From contig OU015567.1 in assembly GCA_907165135.1 (NCBI GenBank), positions 9,548,001 to 9,612,000 of the forward strand: DNA of 64,000 bases, written 5' to 3'. Position 1 is the first letter of the stretch. Each line of letters starts with the position of its first letter. The position numbers and the translations under genes were made by a program. Below are positions 41,201 through 53,618 of the stretch, piece by piece. The DNA is from Oikopleura dioica. Taxonomy: Eukaryota; Animalia; Chordata. The notes under the pieces are model-generated. The model saw only the letters and a list, made by a program, of their open reading frames with translations, was not told where the DNA came from and searched no databases.

Positions 41201-44200
41201 GGCGACCATCTTGTTGGACGTACCCAAATTTTTCTGGTTTTCCGAAGACACTCTTCACAAGTTCCAGTAAGGTGAACGCTTCTTCATTGACCTCTTTTAA
41301 CGCACAACGGCTGTTCTTGTCACAATTTGCGACGCAGTGCATCGCACAAAAGAGTGATGGAGGTGCGTCCTTGTTGATTTCCCGCGTCAGTTTTTCTGCA
41401 ACAACCGCGTTTGCGTTGATTTGAGCTGACTGCTGATCTGACATAAGGAGATCAATCTTCTCGCCGATTATTCGTCCCAAACCGGTTTTGTTGACGATCC
41501 CAATCATTTGGTCGGCGATTATCTGACTTGTACCTCCGATCGCAAGCTCGGTCCCGATGAGATGAAGCTTGCCAGACTCGTTTATGAGCCCGACTGAAAT
41601 CGTTTTTGATGCATCCAACATGGCTGCTCCGTCACTCGCGAGGTGGAATCGTTTGCCCTTGAGAATGACGTCTTTGGTGTGCTCTTCGTTCAAATACTTT
41701 AATGAATCTCGAAGTCGCTCAAACCAGTCAGGAGATGGAACTCTTTTTTCTTCGCCAAGAAGCTCGGGATAATACTTCGCTGTCGTTTTGAAGAAGTTGT
41801 GGATGCTGCTTGCGGTTTCTCCTTTTATCAGCATCTCCAGCGATAAGTTGATAAATTTGGGGCTCCAGGTTTTGTTATCTCCACCTTTACCGTAATTTGG
41901 GAGCCATGCGCTACGTAGAAAAATATCGTTTATTCCTCCAACTGCAATTCGTTTTTTCTCATCATTTTCGTTCTCAATTTCTTCTGCTCCTACGACTTCT
42001 ACCATTTCTATGGCTTTTCCAGCTTCTTCATCCTCATCTGATCCCGGCAGCCATTCTTCCTCTTGCTCACTTGAATCTTCAAGAAAAGCTTCATTCATCA
42101 AGCTTTCATTCGCCTCATTCTCTTCGTTGATTTCAGTCGCCTGCAAAACTTGCGACAGCCCAGTTGAACGCTTACCAAGTTCTTTTGCATCGAAATGAAT
42201 GGAATCTTCCTTGCAAAAAAACTCATTGTCGTCACGAAACCAGCGTTCAAGATCTCGCCGAACCTGATTCTTCTTCTTCGCAAGTTTCATCCCCTTTATG
42301 CAGTTGTCAAAGACACACTCAGGTTTCGCCGTGATAATATCTACGAAATTTTAAGCAAAGATCGGCGTATAAAACTTATACCTTCAAGATAAGGAATAAT
42401 CACTCGAGTAAATCCCGAAGAATTTCCGGAATTCTTTTCTGCAATCTTACGCCATTCTTCTGGATTCTCTAGAAGCGCGGAGATATTCTCTTGAGTAAGG
42501 CCCAAAAATCGAAATTTTTGCTCGTTGGCTGGACGATGAGTGGCGCACGGATGAATTTGACGAAACTACTCTTCGAAAAAGAAAACATATTCTTCCGACA
42601 AAAATACGAATAAAGATATCCGAATGATTCGAATTTACGAATGAGATTTCAATTTCCAAAGAGTAAGAGAAAAAAAGAGATCTAGAAAAGCGGAAGTCTT
42701 GAAATCTAGAAAAGATTTGATTCTCGAAAGAATGGAGAGTCTAGAAATTATTGAATACTTATTGTTTCGGAAACTTTCGTCTGAGAAACTTATGGCAGAA
42801 TCTTTTGGTAGACTGATTCTAGAGGTAGATTGCTTATGCATGTCACGGCCCTTAAATTCAAAAATCATGGAAAAGGGCTGAGACGGCCCGAAGTGGAAAA
42901 ACTGTGGAAAAAATTGCGATTATCACGCTCAGTACAATTTATATGCTTTTAACGACTTTTGAGGGCCAGAATTTCGGGTTAAAATGTTCGTAAAGGGGGA
43001 GTGTGATTCAACAAAATGATCCTCAGAATACCGGGAATCTAAACATGCCATAAAGAGACCTGTGATTAAGAGTTGAAAAAACAGGGGAAAATCCCTTAAT
43101 TTCAAAAACCAAGGAGCGAGGGAAGGAGGGGAATCGGCCATTCGGGCCGTCAAGCTCAATTAAAATTCAAGGCGAGGCAAAGGAATTATAACGACGGGCG
43201 GTTGAAAAAATTTTGTACGGGCATGGGCGCCCGCCGAAGACGAAAAACTTTTTCGTTGATTTCAAATTATCCAGCCCTGCGAAAAAGGCAAAGGAATTGA
43301 AAGCTGCGCAAGTTTCAAAAGTTCAAAATCGAAAACTCCCAAAGTGTATGGAACCGAAACGGCGAAAAACGCACTGGGATTATCTTCTGGACGACGTGAA
43401 GTGGATAGCCACGGAATTAACTGGCAAAAGCAAAATGACGCGGCTTTTAGAAGTTATTCGCAAGTGGGGGAATTCTTTAGGCGCGCTTTCTGAGTATCGC
43501 AATATTCTAATGACCATGAAAAACGAGGAAAAGAAGCTCAATCTTCGGCCTCTAACGCCAGACACAGCGGATGATAGATGTTTCGATCAGACGAATCACA
43601 AATCAAAAATCGAGCTATTGGAAGAAGACGCTAAAACTCTCCTGCACATGATTTGCGATTTGGACAAGCTTTACCCGGACGTAAAAGTCAAAAGATCGGA
43701 ACTTCCCAAAATTGCAGAAAAAGACCTTCGCGAAAAAGCAGCGAATCCAAGAACTTCAAATAATCAAAAACATCGAGCACAACTTTCGCTTTGACATTGA
43801 ACTAGCCCAGTACCAGCAACCGCTGATTTTTTTCATTGAAATCGAGTCCTGAGAATGTCTTCCATATCAGCCAATCAGAGCGCACCTCCTCAATTTTCAC
43901 AAAGTGATAAATAGCGGATAATTTTAAATGGACAGCACACAAAAACCTTGATTTTTTTTGCTCTTTTTTCAATAGATTTGTGATTTTTAGAATTGTTTTT
44001 ATCTACTGTGTTAAAGAAAAGTTTGTGCTGCCACTAGAAGTATGAAAAACCGAGAGAAATCGGCGACTCTGATGATGAATCGGAATTTAACTATCATCAT
44101 TTTTTTCGCCGTATTCGAAAACCTAAACTTTATAAAGAGTCTATTCTTAATACAATATGGATCTGGATTTTGAAAAATAAGGTCCTCCAATCGTGCGGAA

Positions 44201-45811
44201 CCCTAACTTTTACTGCCATAGATACCAAATATAAAAAATTGGAAAGCGCTTACCGGACTGTAATTTCCAGCAATTGCGTGGCAATCTTCGGTCCATAAGA
44301 CACCTTTGATTCAATCTTCGTCAGGTCCAGAAGCACATTCAAATACCACTCGAAATTCTTGATAAAAACGAATCCCTGCTGGCTGCACATGTCGATCATC
44401 TTCGAAACTAGCTCATCTCGGTAGATTGTATTTTCAGTCTTTCGTACGTGGTCGAGTAGTTTCGCTGTAATGTCCATTATCGTTGATTTCGTGACCATTT
44501 TACTAAATAAGCTTGGTACAGAAATAGTCAGAAAAGTCAAAAACCTGATGAGGTCTAAAGCTCGAAGCCGAATGCTTTCATCTTTGTCGTCAAGACACGC
44601 AAGAATTATGTCCTTGTGTTGGCTTACAATCTTCGGGTGCGATTCTGAAGGATAATATTCAATAAGGCTCTTTATTTTCTGCTTTTACCAAGAATCCGAG
44701 TCATTGAAAGAAGCCCAAGATACTTCAAATTCTGATCATTATCTTCAATAAGAATTCTAAGCTTATCCACGCAGAGTTGTATCAACGCTTCATTGTCATT
44801 TCCAGCAGGAGCGTATGTCTTCGCCTGGAAAAATAAATAACACTTATTTGACAGCGCGACTGTACCTGAATCAATGTATTGATGCATTCGTATAGCAAGC
44901 TCATTGCGCTGGTATTATTAATTAGCGTCTTCAAATTCTCTTCAATCTTCTTGCCCAGTCTTGGTTCGTGGGGAATCAAGCATCCGAATAATTTGATAAT
45001 TTTAATGAGCACCCAATTATTCGAACTCTTGGTCATCAATCGCATTAAAATCGGGCTCAAGAGCAGGTAGTTCTTTGGATTCTTCCTTGCAAGCTCGCAA
45101 ATGACATTTACAGCGGCAGATTGCACTCCTGGGTCCTTGTCTTCTAGCTTTTCTTTGAGACGAGGCATGGCAGCGCGCATCGCTTCTGGGTAGTGGTAGA
45201 ACAGTTTGTAAGTTATTAATGTAGCGCGTTTTCGAACATGAGGTCGGGTAGATGACATCAGCGAAATGACATCATCGGTCAAGTCTCGGGCAAGATCAGG
45301 CGTCATGAAACAGGATAGACCGCCGAGAGCAGCGCTAGCTTCGAATTCGGAACCTTTGAGGATGTCCTTCTTGATCAAATTCGTTGAGAGCATGAGAACA
45401 TCGGTCTCAGCGTTGAATGATTGAGAGGCAGCCCAGTAGCCCAAGCGCTTTTCGGTCAACTTTTTCGTGGTTTTCATTCGTCAAAAACACGTCCTAACTA
45501 TCATCTAAGTAAATTCAGTAATGAACCAGTTCCTTAGTCGAGGACATAACTTCAATAATATTAAAACTCGCCCAGCCCATCTCATATCCTAGCATGTGAA
45601 GGAAGCAGAGCTTCGAAATCGCCACCGATTTCACATCTAATTTCGGGTTCTTCAGCTCCTCCCTAATTTCCTCGACTGCTTCCAAAATGTACTCGCGTTC
45701 GTGACCTTTTGCGTTTCGAACTCCTCGGACGAGGTCTTGGAGGGTCTTGTCGAAAATGCGGTCGATGCCGGTTTTCACCTTCGACCCAACTTTTTTCATT
45801 GCCACATCCAT
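35223..45811 (-). CDS. AP3D1: AP-3 complex subunit delta
   Basis: IDRIFDKTLQDLVRGVRN, EKRLGYWAASQSF, LKEKLEDKDPGVQSAAVNVICELARKNPKNYL, DNDQNLKYLGLLSM, NFEWYLNVLLDL and AAVICGEF. A 7.06-kb intron (37192-44253) splits LEITVR|VRTLREY in frame. Confidence 0.96.
37470..37850. mobile_element. Mutator (MULE)-type MITE, 381 bp
   Basis: 31-bp perfect TIR GAGTGGTCTCCGTTTGCCCAAGTCGCCGTTT, 9-bp TSD CGATGCGCT (37461-37469, 37851-37859) and internal repeats of CGTTTGCCCAA. Confidence 0.88.
38108..38984 (+). CDS. Cys-rich (degenerate RING/TRAF-type Zn finger) coiled-coil protein nested antisense in the AP3D1 intron
   Basis: CSNC...CKSC...C...C...CC followed by a long E/K coiled coil. GT-AG introns near 38185 and 38870. 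Confidence 0.65.
40218..42841 (-). CDS. Spliced DDE transposase (hAT-like)
   Basis: FHLASDG (D1), LLMSDQ (D2), CAMH (CxxH), and SNRAVESSFA after splicing (catalytic E). Long stop-free exons at 41103-42290, 40491-41048 and 40218-40490. The start codon is uncertain. Confidence 0.8.
43213..43794 (+). CDS. Transposon-borne accessory ORF with an HSA-like motif of EP400/SRCAP/Domino type
   Basis: LPKCMEPKRRKTHWDYLLDDVKWIATE (43336-43416) resembles LPKLQE..RPK.HWDYLLEEM.W.A.D. The track start is TTG and the first in-frame ATG is 43348, so an upstream exon may exist. Confidence 0.7.
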   Translation: MYGHGRPPKTKNFFVDFKLSSPAKKAKELKAAQVSKVQNRKLPKCMEPKRRKTHWDYLLDDVKWIATELTGKSKMTRLLEVIRKWGNSLGALSEYRNILMTMKNEEKKLNLRPLTPDTADDRCFDQTNHKSKIELLEEDAKTLLHMICDLDKLYPDVKVKRSELPKIAEKDLREKAANPRTSNNQKHRAQLSL

Positions 45812-46070
45812 TCCGAGTCTGAACAGCTCAAACTTTTTTTCAATTAAAGATCAGTAAAATGAATAAGAAAAACCTGGTTTCTGTATTTGTATTCAACCAA
45901 TTGATTTGACATTATTTTTTCTATTTCTCGAAAAGATGGAATAAGAATGAACGAGAGAATCGCGGGTTGAGTGGTATAATTGCCGGCGATTTGGGCCGAG
46001 AGGGGCAGTGAGGCGATTATTATTTCAGAAAATAATTGATTTGCAATTTTATATCAGACTCAAATTCATT

Positions 46071-47443
46071 TTACAAAAGGGGTTCCAGCTCTTTGAACGA
46101 CGCATTCCGGTGGATTTGGATGTTTGTTTTGATCATTCGTCCGCCTTTCTTCTGAAACAATCTCTTTTTAGCAAAAATAAAAAAGGGGGTTGATACCTTG
46201 CCATTGCTGGTATCGACAGGATCGGCAGTAGTCATGCTGGAGTAGCCACTTGACTCGTTGTAACTGAACACCAAGTATCGATTTTGAAAAAGCAAGGCGA
46301 TTAATAAATCGATCAGTTTAGGGAGTATTCACAAATATTCCAAAATATATTGTTCTCACTAAGTAAGAAACTGTATAAATATTGATCGATATATTGAATT
46401 TGGAAAAAGAAGACTTACGCATTTTTGGCAGGGGGATTATTTATGAGTGGAACTTCTGGGGAGGGCGATGGATTGTCAGGGAAGATACCAGTATCTTCGA
46501 TTTCGTCGGTTGTATCTTCGGTTACTTCTTCTATTGAACACACCTCTCTAAATTAGCGGTAAGGGAAGAATTTCCTCAAAATCTAAAACTTTACCTTGGC
46601 GAGTCGCACTCTCTCGGTTCATCACTTTTATGTCTTTGGCATCCAGCAGCCACCAAAACGACAAAAACCGAGAGCGTTATAATGGCCACTAGAATCGGAC
46701 TAATCGGATCCTTCTTGCTCTTTGCTGACACTTGACAGTTTCCAAGAGGAGCGCAGGAATCGTCGCACATGACGCATAACGAGTAGTATTCGCATTTTGC
46801 AAAAGCCAGCGAAGGGCAGAAGTTTTGGGCACAGAAGGGGATGGAAGAATTGCTGCTGTATGGTTGGATTTGGGCGGGCACAGTGGATGTGACAGTCAAA
46901 TTGGGAGACATGACGATGAAATTGGAAGGAAAAGACGATAGGCTGAGAGAATCAGAAATATTGATGGCATCGTATTGGCTTTTAAAAAAGTCTTCTTTCT
47001 TTGAAGTTGACAGAACGTTTCCTAGCTCGTCGGTAAGAGCGCAAACGTCGGGAGAGCAGAGATGCAAGAGCTGCCATTTGAGCCACTTTTGGTCGAGGGT
47101 TTTGAAGGAATCCGGATCAGTGGCCATCCAGACTGACTCTTCGGCAAAAATGAGCTTCGGATAGGCGGTCGAGTTAGAGATACCAAGTTCAAGAGAGGTG
47201 GAGCAGTAGGAAATGTCGGGACATGAAGATGAAGTGTTTTTCGTCCCAAAAAACGGGGAGAAACATTCTGGTGATGAAAGGGGAACGCTAAAAAGGGATT
47301 AAATTGCATTCTCAATTTTAGAAAAGATACGGCCATCAAGCAAATTACCTTGTTTTGTTAAATTCTAGCTGCAGTTTTTCCTCAAAGTCTCTGATCCCGA
47401 AAGCACCGGCAAGTTGAGCATAAATCAGCTGGGTGATAAACAT
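46071..47443 (-). CDS. Uncharacterised type I membrane protein, multi-exon
   Basis: Signal-like N-terminus MFITQLIYAQLAGAFG, a Cys-rich ectodomain, TM ILVAIITLSVFVVLVAAGC and GT-AG introns. Confidence 0.6.
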
Positions 47444-47979
47444 TCTCTTTTCATTTTTTCGAAAATTTCATTCCACTCGAGATTGGTTCAATCCTTGTCC
47501 TTTCGAAATGGTTCGTTTTGGTTCAAGAAAGCAAAAATTTTAATAGCGCAGAGAAGCCAATCAGCGCGCCGCGCTCATGGAATTCAATAAAGTTGGAAAT
47601 ATTCCAGTAGAGTTAGTACTAGAATCTAGTGAGCAATTATTTATTGAAAATACCATCATAAATAATGGTAATTTATGATTACTGAAAGATGATGTTTTAA
47701 ATTTTTTCATACATCATTGATTCAACAATAATATGAGAAATAGCTTAATCCATTTGTCTCTATCTTAATTTCGTTGATTATCTCCGTTATTTCGCCGTCC
47801 AGCCGGATCTTTCCGTAGATCGTCCCGTCCGATAAGTTCCCAATAAAACTCAAGATTCAAGATCTTTCTCTTGCTGAAGTTTTTTCCTTCAGTCCAGCTC
47901 TTTTTGCTGAAAAATGCGACAAAAAAAAAACAAAAACGTCTTTTTTCGGCGGAATTTTTATTTAATCCTTGTTCTTTCT

Positions 47980-49214
47980 AGCACCACCACCAACTCGATG
48001 TACCGACATCAACACTTACAACCAGAACTTGACGGACAATGGCTTCCTGTTCGAGATTTTCGGAGAGAATTCTGCGGTAGAGAGAGACAACGAAGAGAAA
48101 TTCACCAGATTGATCACGTTTTTAGCTCATCAACATCAAGGAGATCCGAAAGGGACGAGGTTTGGACTACGACTGGGACGACCCAATGTACGGTGGCGAG
48201 CTCTACATGACTCCCAACAAGGGTTTCGGAGCCAGCGACGACATCAAGGGCGATATCATTCGACTTGAGTGCAAACATGGCGCAGCTTCCGCTACTGGAC
48301 AACTTTACACTGGCGCACAATGTGTTTGCGACGGAAACTCGACCTGTTCTATAACGTGAGTCCAGTCAGCCTTCTTAACTGCATATTTCATGGAAATTTT
48401 AGTCCTAACAACCCTGACTGGACCTGTGTCGATCAAGAAGTAGCACCTATTCCATTGTGGATGGGAGGAAAGTTCAACTTCGTCAAGGGAGTCGAAAGTG
48501 GATATGTTGTACTCAAAGCTCGTCTTGGCCAACTTATGGACATGGACAGTAATAATTCCCGTTTGAAATTAACATTAGGAGTATTTAAGGCTGGGACTAC
48601 AACCGATTCGATACAACGAACCACGCTGACTGGAAGGACCCTAACTACTGGAAGGGTAACGACACCTACACACCACCATTCACTCTCTTTGTCTTCTGTC
48701 CCTTTGATGTTTCCCTCGGTGGTCCTTCCAACAAAGAGGGTGCAATGACCTTCCCCGATTTCTACCCTGGCGTAAGTTAATGTCGAGTTCTTCTCCTCTT
48801 TGATTCCAAATTTTAGGAAAGCTCAAACGACGGAATGTTGTGGTCATTCCTCAGTCGAGACGGAACTCGATACTTTAAGAACCCCAAGCTCATCACTGAT
48901 GAAGTCACTGGCAACGTCACCATGAAGTTCCCATCTGTCTACTTCAAGGGATACATTGATCGATCTTCAGATGAGGCTCAGCAAGGTCCAATTATCTTCG
49001 ATCCAAATATGCAGGTAAGATATTTTGAAGCTCAAACTGTTTCGTATAACTCTTTCAGGTTGAGGAAGATTACACTTGCGAAATCGGTGTGATCCCAGGA
49101 CATCACCCCGACCACCTTGTCAAGCTTGCAGAGAACTACCCTGTCTTTTCCGACGATTTCCAGGCTATGGAAAAGTATCTCCGACAGCCACAAACCTGGG
49201 AAGATCAAAAATAA
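47980..49214 (+). CDS. Uncharacterised multi-exon protein, probably secreted; 5' end not resolved
   Basis: Consecutive coding-like exons (DYDWDDPMYGGELY..., YFKNPKLITDEVTG..., VEEDYTCEIG...*) separated by short introns. Confidence 0.5.
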
Positions 49215-49422
49215 AGCGCAAGTTTATGAATGTACAAAACAAAACCACATACTTTCTGCACCAACATTTTAGCTCCCGCGTTGAGGACTAATTTATCTTT
49301 TATTCAAAAACACTATCGCTAGACTGAGAAATAAAGCCCTGCTTGATATGCTATTTGAAAATTTAGATGTGTTGCTTTTATTTGAAGATAAATGTATCAG
49401 TGCGACAGATCAATTCACAGGT

Positions 49423-50599
49423 TCAGAGTCTTTCCCAGTCGAGGGGTTCTGATTTGTCGATCTTCCTTTCCCTCATGCCAAATTCTAGTCGCCCGATCAA
49501 GTAATCATAATTTGGCTAAAAGGAAGAATATAATTACGCTGAAGAAGATTTCTTACCTTGGTGTAGTAATCAAGGGATTCCAAATACTCCCGAAACGGCT
49601 TCAGTTCTTTTGGGACTCTTTCTAACTCGAAAAATCGCTTGTGGTCGAACCTCATTTTCGCATGTTTGATTCTCTCCGCTTCCCGAAGCGATCTCCATGG
49701 AAGCTGTCCGTATGTGATTTCGATCATGAGGTAGAAAAAAGACCATAGATCGTCGTGTCGACCGAGCTCCTGTCCGTTATGAGCATTCAGAGAAGCATAT
49801 CTTATTGGTATTGATTCAATAGGAAGGTGGAAACGAACCTAAGTGTGCCACGAAAAGGACATTTAGTATCCCTCGGCGGCCGAAGCATTCCTCTGTCATC
49901 AGCGAATTTTCTTGCGAGGCCAAAGTCGTAGATAAAAAGGCGTCTGCTGTGCCTGCCCATCCCGAGCGCGAAATTCGACGGCTTGACATCGCGATGCAGA
50001 TAGCCGACATCGTGGAGGCTTCTAATCGCGCGAAGCATCTGTACTCCAAGACGAAGGGCAGTAGATGTTGAAAAGTATCCTTACTTGAGCATTAGTTACA
50101 TTCATAAGAAGAAGACGTTACCTGAGTCAGTTGCTTTTCGTAATGCTGAAATGTTGTTGCCTTTAAGAGGGATTTATTTCCTTATTTTTCACAACAAAAA
50201 TCAGAAGAATTCACCCATTCCTAGTAAACTCATAATTATATAATTGAATTTTGATTCTCTGCCGCAACCGAAAAATTTGCAGATATATTTCGATTTGCCC
50301 TTCATTTTTTGAAGAACTTCTGCTTCCATTTTCAAAACCTAACAGTTCCTCTTAAAAATACAAATAATATGAAGGTTTACCTGTTTGTCATACTGAGAAG
50401 ATTCAACTTTGACCGCAGCACTTTCTCCTGATTTCATGTACTTTGCTTCGTAAATCTGGCCGAATCCTCCCATTCCAATCATTTTCACAATTATCCATTT
50501 TTCTTATTTTCAAGTAATTAATACAAATATGCATAATTTACCTTTGATAATATCTCCAGGCTTCAAAATGTCTTCAACATTTTTCTCTTTGTCGCCCAT
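49423..50599 (-). CDS. Tau-tubulin kinase / CK1-family kinase, kinase domain only
   Basis: IGMGGFGQIY, AVKVES, VLKMEAEVL, YLHRDVKPSNF, YDFGLAR, FRGTLR, DDLWSFFY and PLDWE*. Confidence 0.9.
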
Positions 50600-50748
50600 G
50601 AGGTCACAAAATTTGCGTTAAAATGCGAAAATATACCCGGATATAAATTTTCGATGCAACTTGTATCGATTATTGAAATTCATGTTTGTCTTGGGTGTTC
50701 CAGAGAATTTTCGTTCATTTTGCTGCAAAAAAATTTAAAATCTTCTAG

Positions 50749-51300
<552 letters not shown>

Positions 51301-51367
51301 GTTCGCCTAAGCTTAGTTAGGTGATCAACGTCCTTTTAAGGACAAATCGGACAGAGCGACTAAAACC

Positions 51368-51383
51368 GGCCCTTTTAAGGGCC
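51368..51383 (+). terminator. Replication-dependent histone mRNA 3' stem-loop
   Basis: GGCCCT-TTTA-AGGGCC, flanked by AAACC and ACAAA. Confidence 0.9.
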
Positions 51384-51604
51384 ACAAATAATTCCGGCTT
51401 TTCTTCTTCATGTTAGATTAAGACGCATAAATCGGTATTACCGATTGTAAAAGAATTCAACCGCAAAGAGTCTTATCAAACCCTCATCAGATCATTTTAT
51501 GGTCACTTGGTCGATATAAATTTCTTGGCACAGAGGTCAAACTAGGAAGAAAACAGATTTTCTAGAGAAACAGGTGACTATCATTTTATGCAAATAATTC
51601 TTTA

Positions 51605-52688
51605 ATGCAGCCAAATTATCCACTTGAGTAAATCTGAGGGGTGCCTTCGTAACGAAATTTAAAACAATTCAACCAAAGATAACCCAGCAATGATGGGAAA
51701 TTGTCATAACAACAGAATTCAGATGGCGTTTCTTGTTATAAAGAAGAGGAAAACTATTGAAGAGAAGAAAATTCTCAAAAAGAAGAGTCCCGAATTGTTA
51801 AACTCGATCTCGTCGGTATCTTTAAGAGTGACAGAGGATACTATCTCATTTTTGAAATAAAGAAGGACGATGTTCTTTCAACCGCAAAAGTTTCAATAAG
51901 AAATTTCAAGGAATACATAAAGACCCTGCTTTCAACCTGTTATCCTGGCTCCGCAGAAGAGTTGTCCTGCAAGATGATCAAGAAATATTTGAAGCATGTC
52001 ACTCCGAAAGGATCAACAAACGAGATGTTTGAAAGCGTCCAAAAGATTTCTCAAATTTTGAAGAGAGACTCGGCGATAAAAGAGTTAATTTACAAAGGTC
52101 CGATGCTGAATCAATTTAGGAAAAAAGTAGCTGATGCAGAAAAGGCGGCAGAGGGCTGCATTCTCTTCAAAATAAGTACGTCCTATGAAAAAAATCGATG
52201 TCAAGACAGTTTTAGTTGACTCTTCATCGGCCACGAGCACAATTGACTCCCCACAAGAAGACGAATATACTGTTGCTCAAACTTTCATTGCAGAATCTCC
52301 ATCCGAAGTGACAATAACGAAGGGAGAAACGGTAAAGTGCCTGTTTAAAAATGAGTCTGGCTGGTGGTTCCTCGAAAACCAGGCGGGCGATGCTGGATGG
52401 TCACCTGCTTCTTATGTAAGTTTTCGTCTGAAACTTGAAATAACAGGCTTTTAGTTGGCAATTAACGATGATATCGGTACAAGAAATCGACTTTCAAAAG
52501 ACATCGGAAGTACTTTTATTATGACCGAGTCTCACATCGCTCCATTTTTCAATACAAAAGAGCTGACTGTTCCAAAAGGATCCCTGGTGAAAATCCTTCA
52601 GGTGTCTGAATTCGGCTGGTGGACAGTAACGTACTCTGGAACTATTGGAATCGTTCCAAGACAAAAAATGCGAAAATATATTTTCTGA
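51605..52688 (+). CDS. PX-like plus two SH3 domains (p47phox/NOXO1-like architecture); start uncertain
   Basis: IVKLDLVGIFKSDRGYYLIFEIKK...FKEYIKTLLSTCYP is PX-like. The SH3s carry GWWFLEN...GWSPASYV and GWWTVTYSGTIGIVP. Confidence 0.6.
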
Positions 52689-52839
52689 AATCTTCGAAGA
52701 ATAAAGCAAAAGTCCTAAGGGTTTTGGCTTGTACTTATTGATGAGTGATACTTCTTTTTTGTGCTGAGAAAGAATAGAAGAGTACATGAACAGTCATATA
52801 TAGAGATTAATTACACAACGTAGTCAGACTTTAGATCGA

Positions 52840-53618
52840 TTAGCAGGAGACCATTCGCACGAATTCTTCAAAGTCGATTTCTCCATCTCCATCAGCGTCG
52901 GCTTAATTTTTCTTTAATCAATTTCAAAGTTGGCGCCTGTCTGGCTTCCCGAAAAAAAACGAAACTATTTGGCCCTGATTCTAAAGATAGTCCATCAATA
53001 AAATTCGCAATCTAATCGAGTCAACGAATTAGAAATCCTCTAACCTTCTTTGATCATCGCCTGAATCTGGCTATCAGTCAGATGATCTCCTAATTTCTCC
53101 ATAACTTGTTTGAGCTCTGACGATGAAATCTTCCCACTTCCGTCGGTATCGAACAGTTGAAATGTTTCCCGGAGAGTTTCTTCATGCGAGTTTTCTGTTT
53201 CCATCGCATCTTGCACTCTCATCATTTCAATAAACTGAAAAAATCAACAACCATTTGAACAAAATCTTTTACCTCATCAAAATCAATCGTTCCATCTCCA
53301 TCAATGTCTGCCAATTTCATCAATTCCTGAAGTTCTTCCTCGGTTGCTGGCTGCCCGAGTGAGCTCAGAACGATTTTGAGTTCTTCGATTTCAATTGTTC
53401 CATTTCCATCTTTGTCGAATAGTTGAAATGCCTCTCTGAAATAATAAATCTGCTGAGAAATCCATGAACTTATCATTCTTTTTGCTAGAATCAGATGATT
53501 TAAAGAGCGCTAATCCCTCGTTAACACCCAGTTCTACACGAGAATTATAGCCTTTCTTCTGAGAGAACCCTTGTTACCTATATTCTAGCAATCTTTCATG
53601 TGTAAGAGGCTTGTCCAT
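52840..53618 (-). CDS. Calmodulin-like protein with four EF-hands
   Basis: Loops DKDGNGTIEIEE, DIDGDGTIDFDE, DTDGSGKISSSE and DADGDGEIDFEE. Confidence 0.92.

Larger units (their letters stand above)
39015..44205. mobile_element. Putatively autonomous hAT DNA transposon (5191 bp), element B
   Basis: 20-bp perfect TIR TAGGGTTCCGCACGATTGGA, 8-bp TSD ACTTTTAC (39007-39014, 44206-44213) and an internal transposase. Confidence 0.95.
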
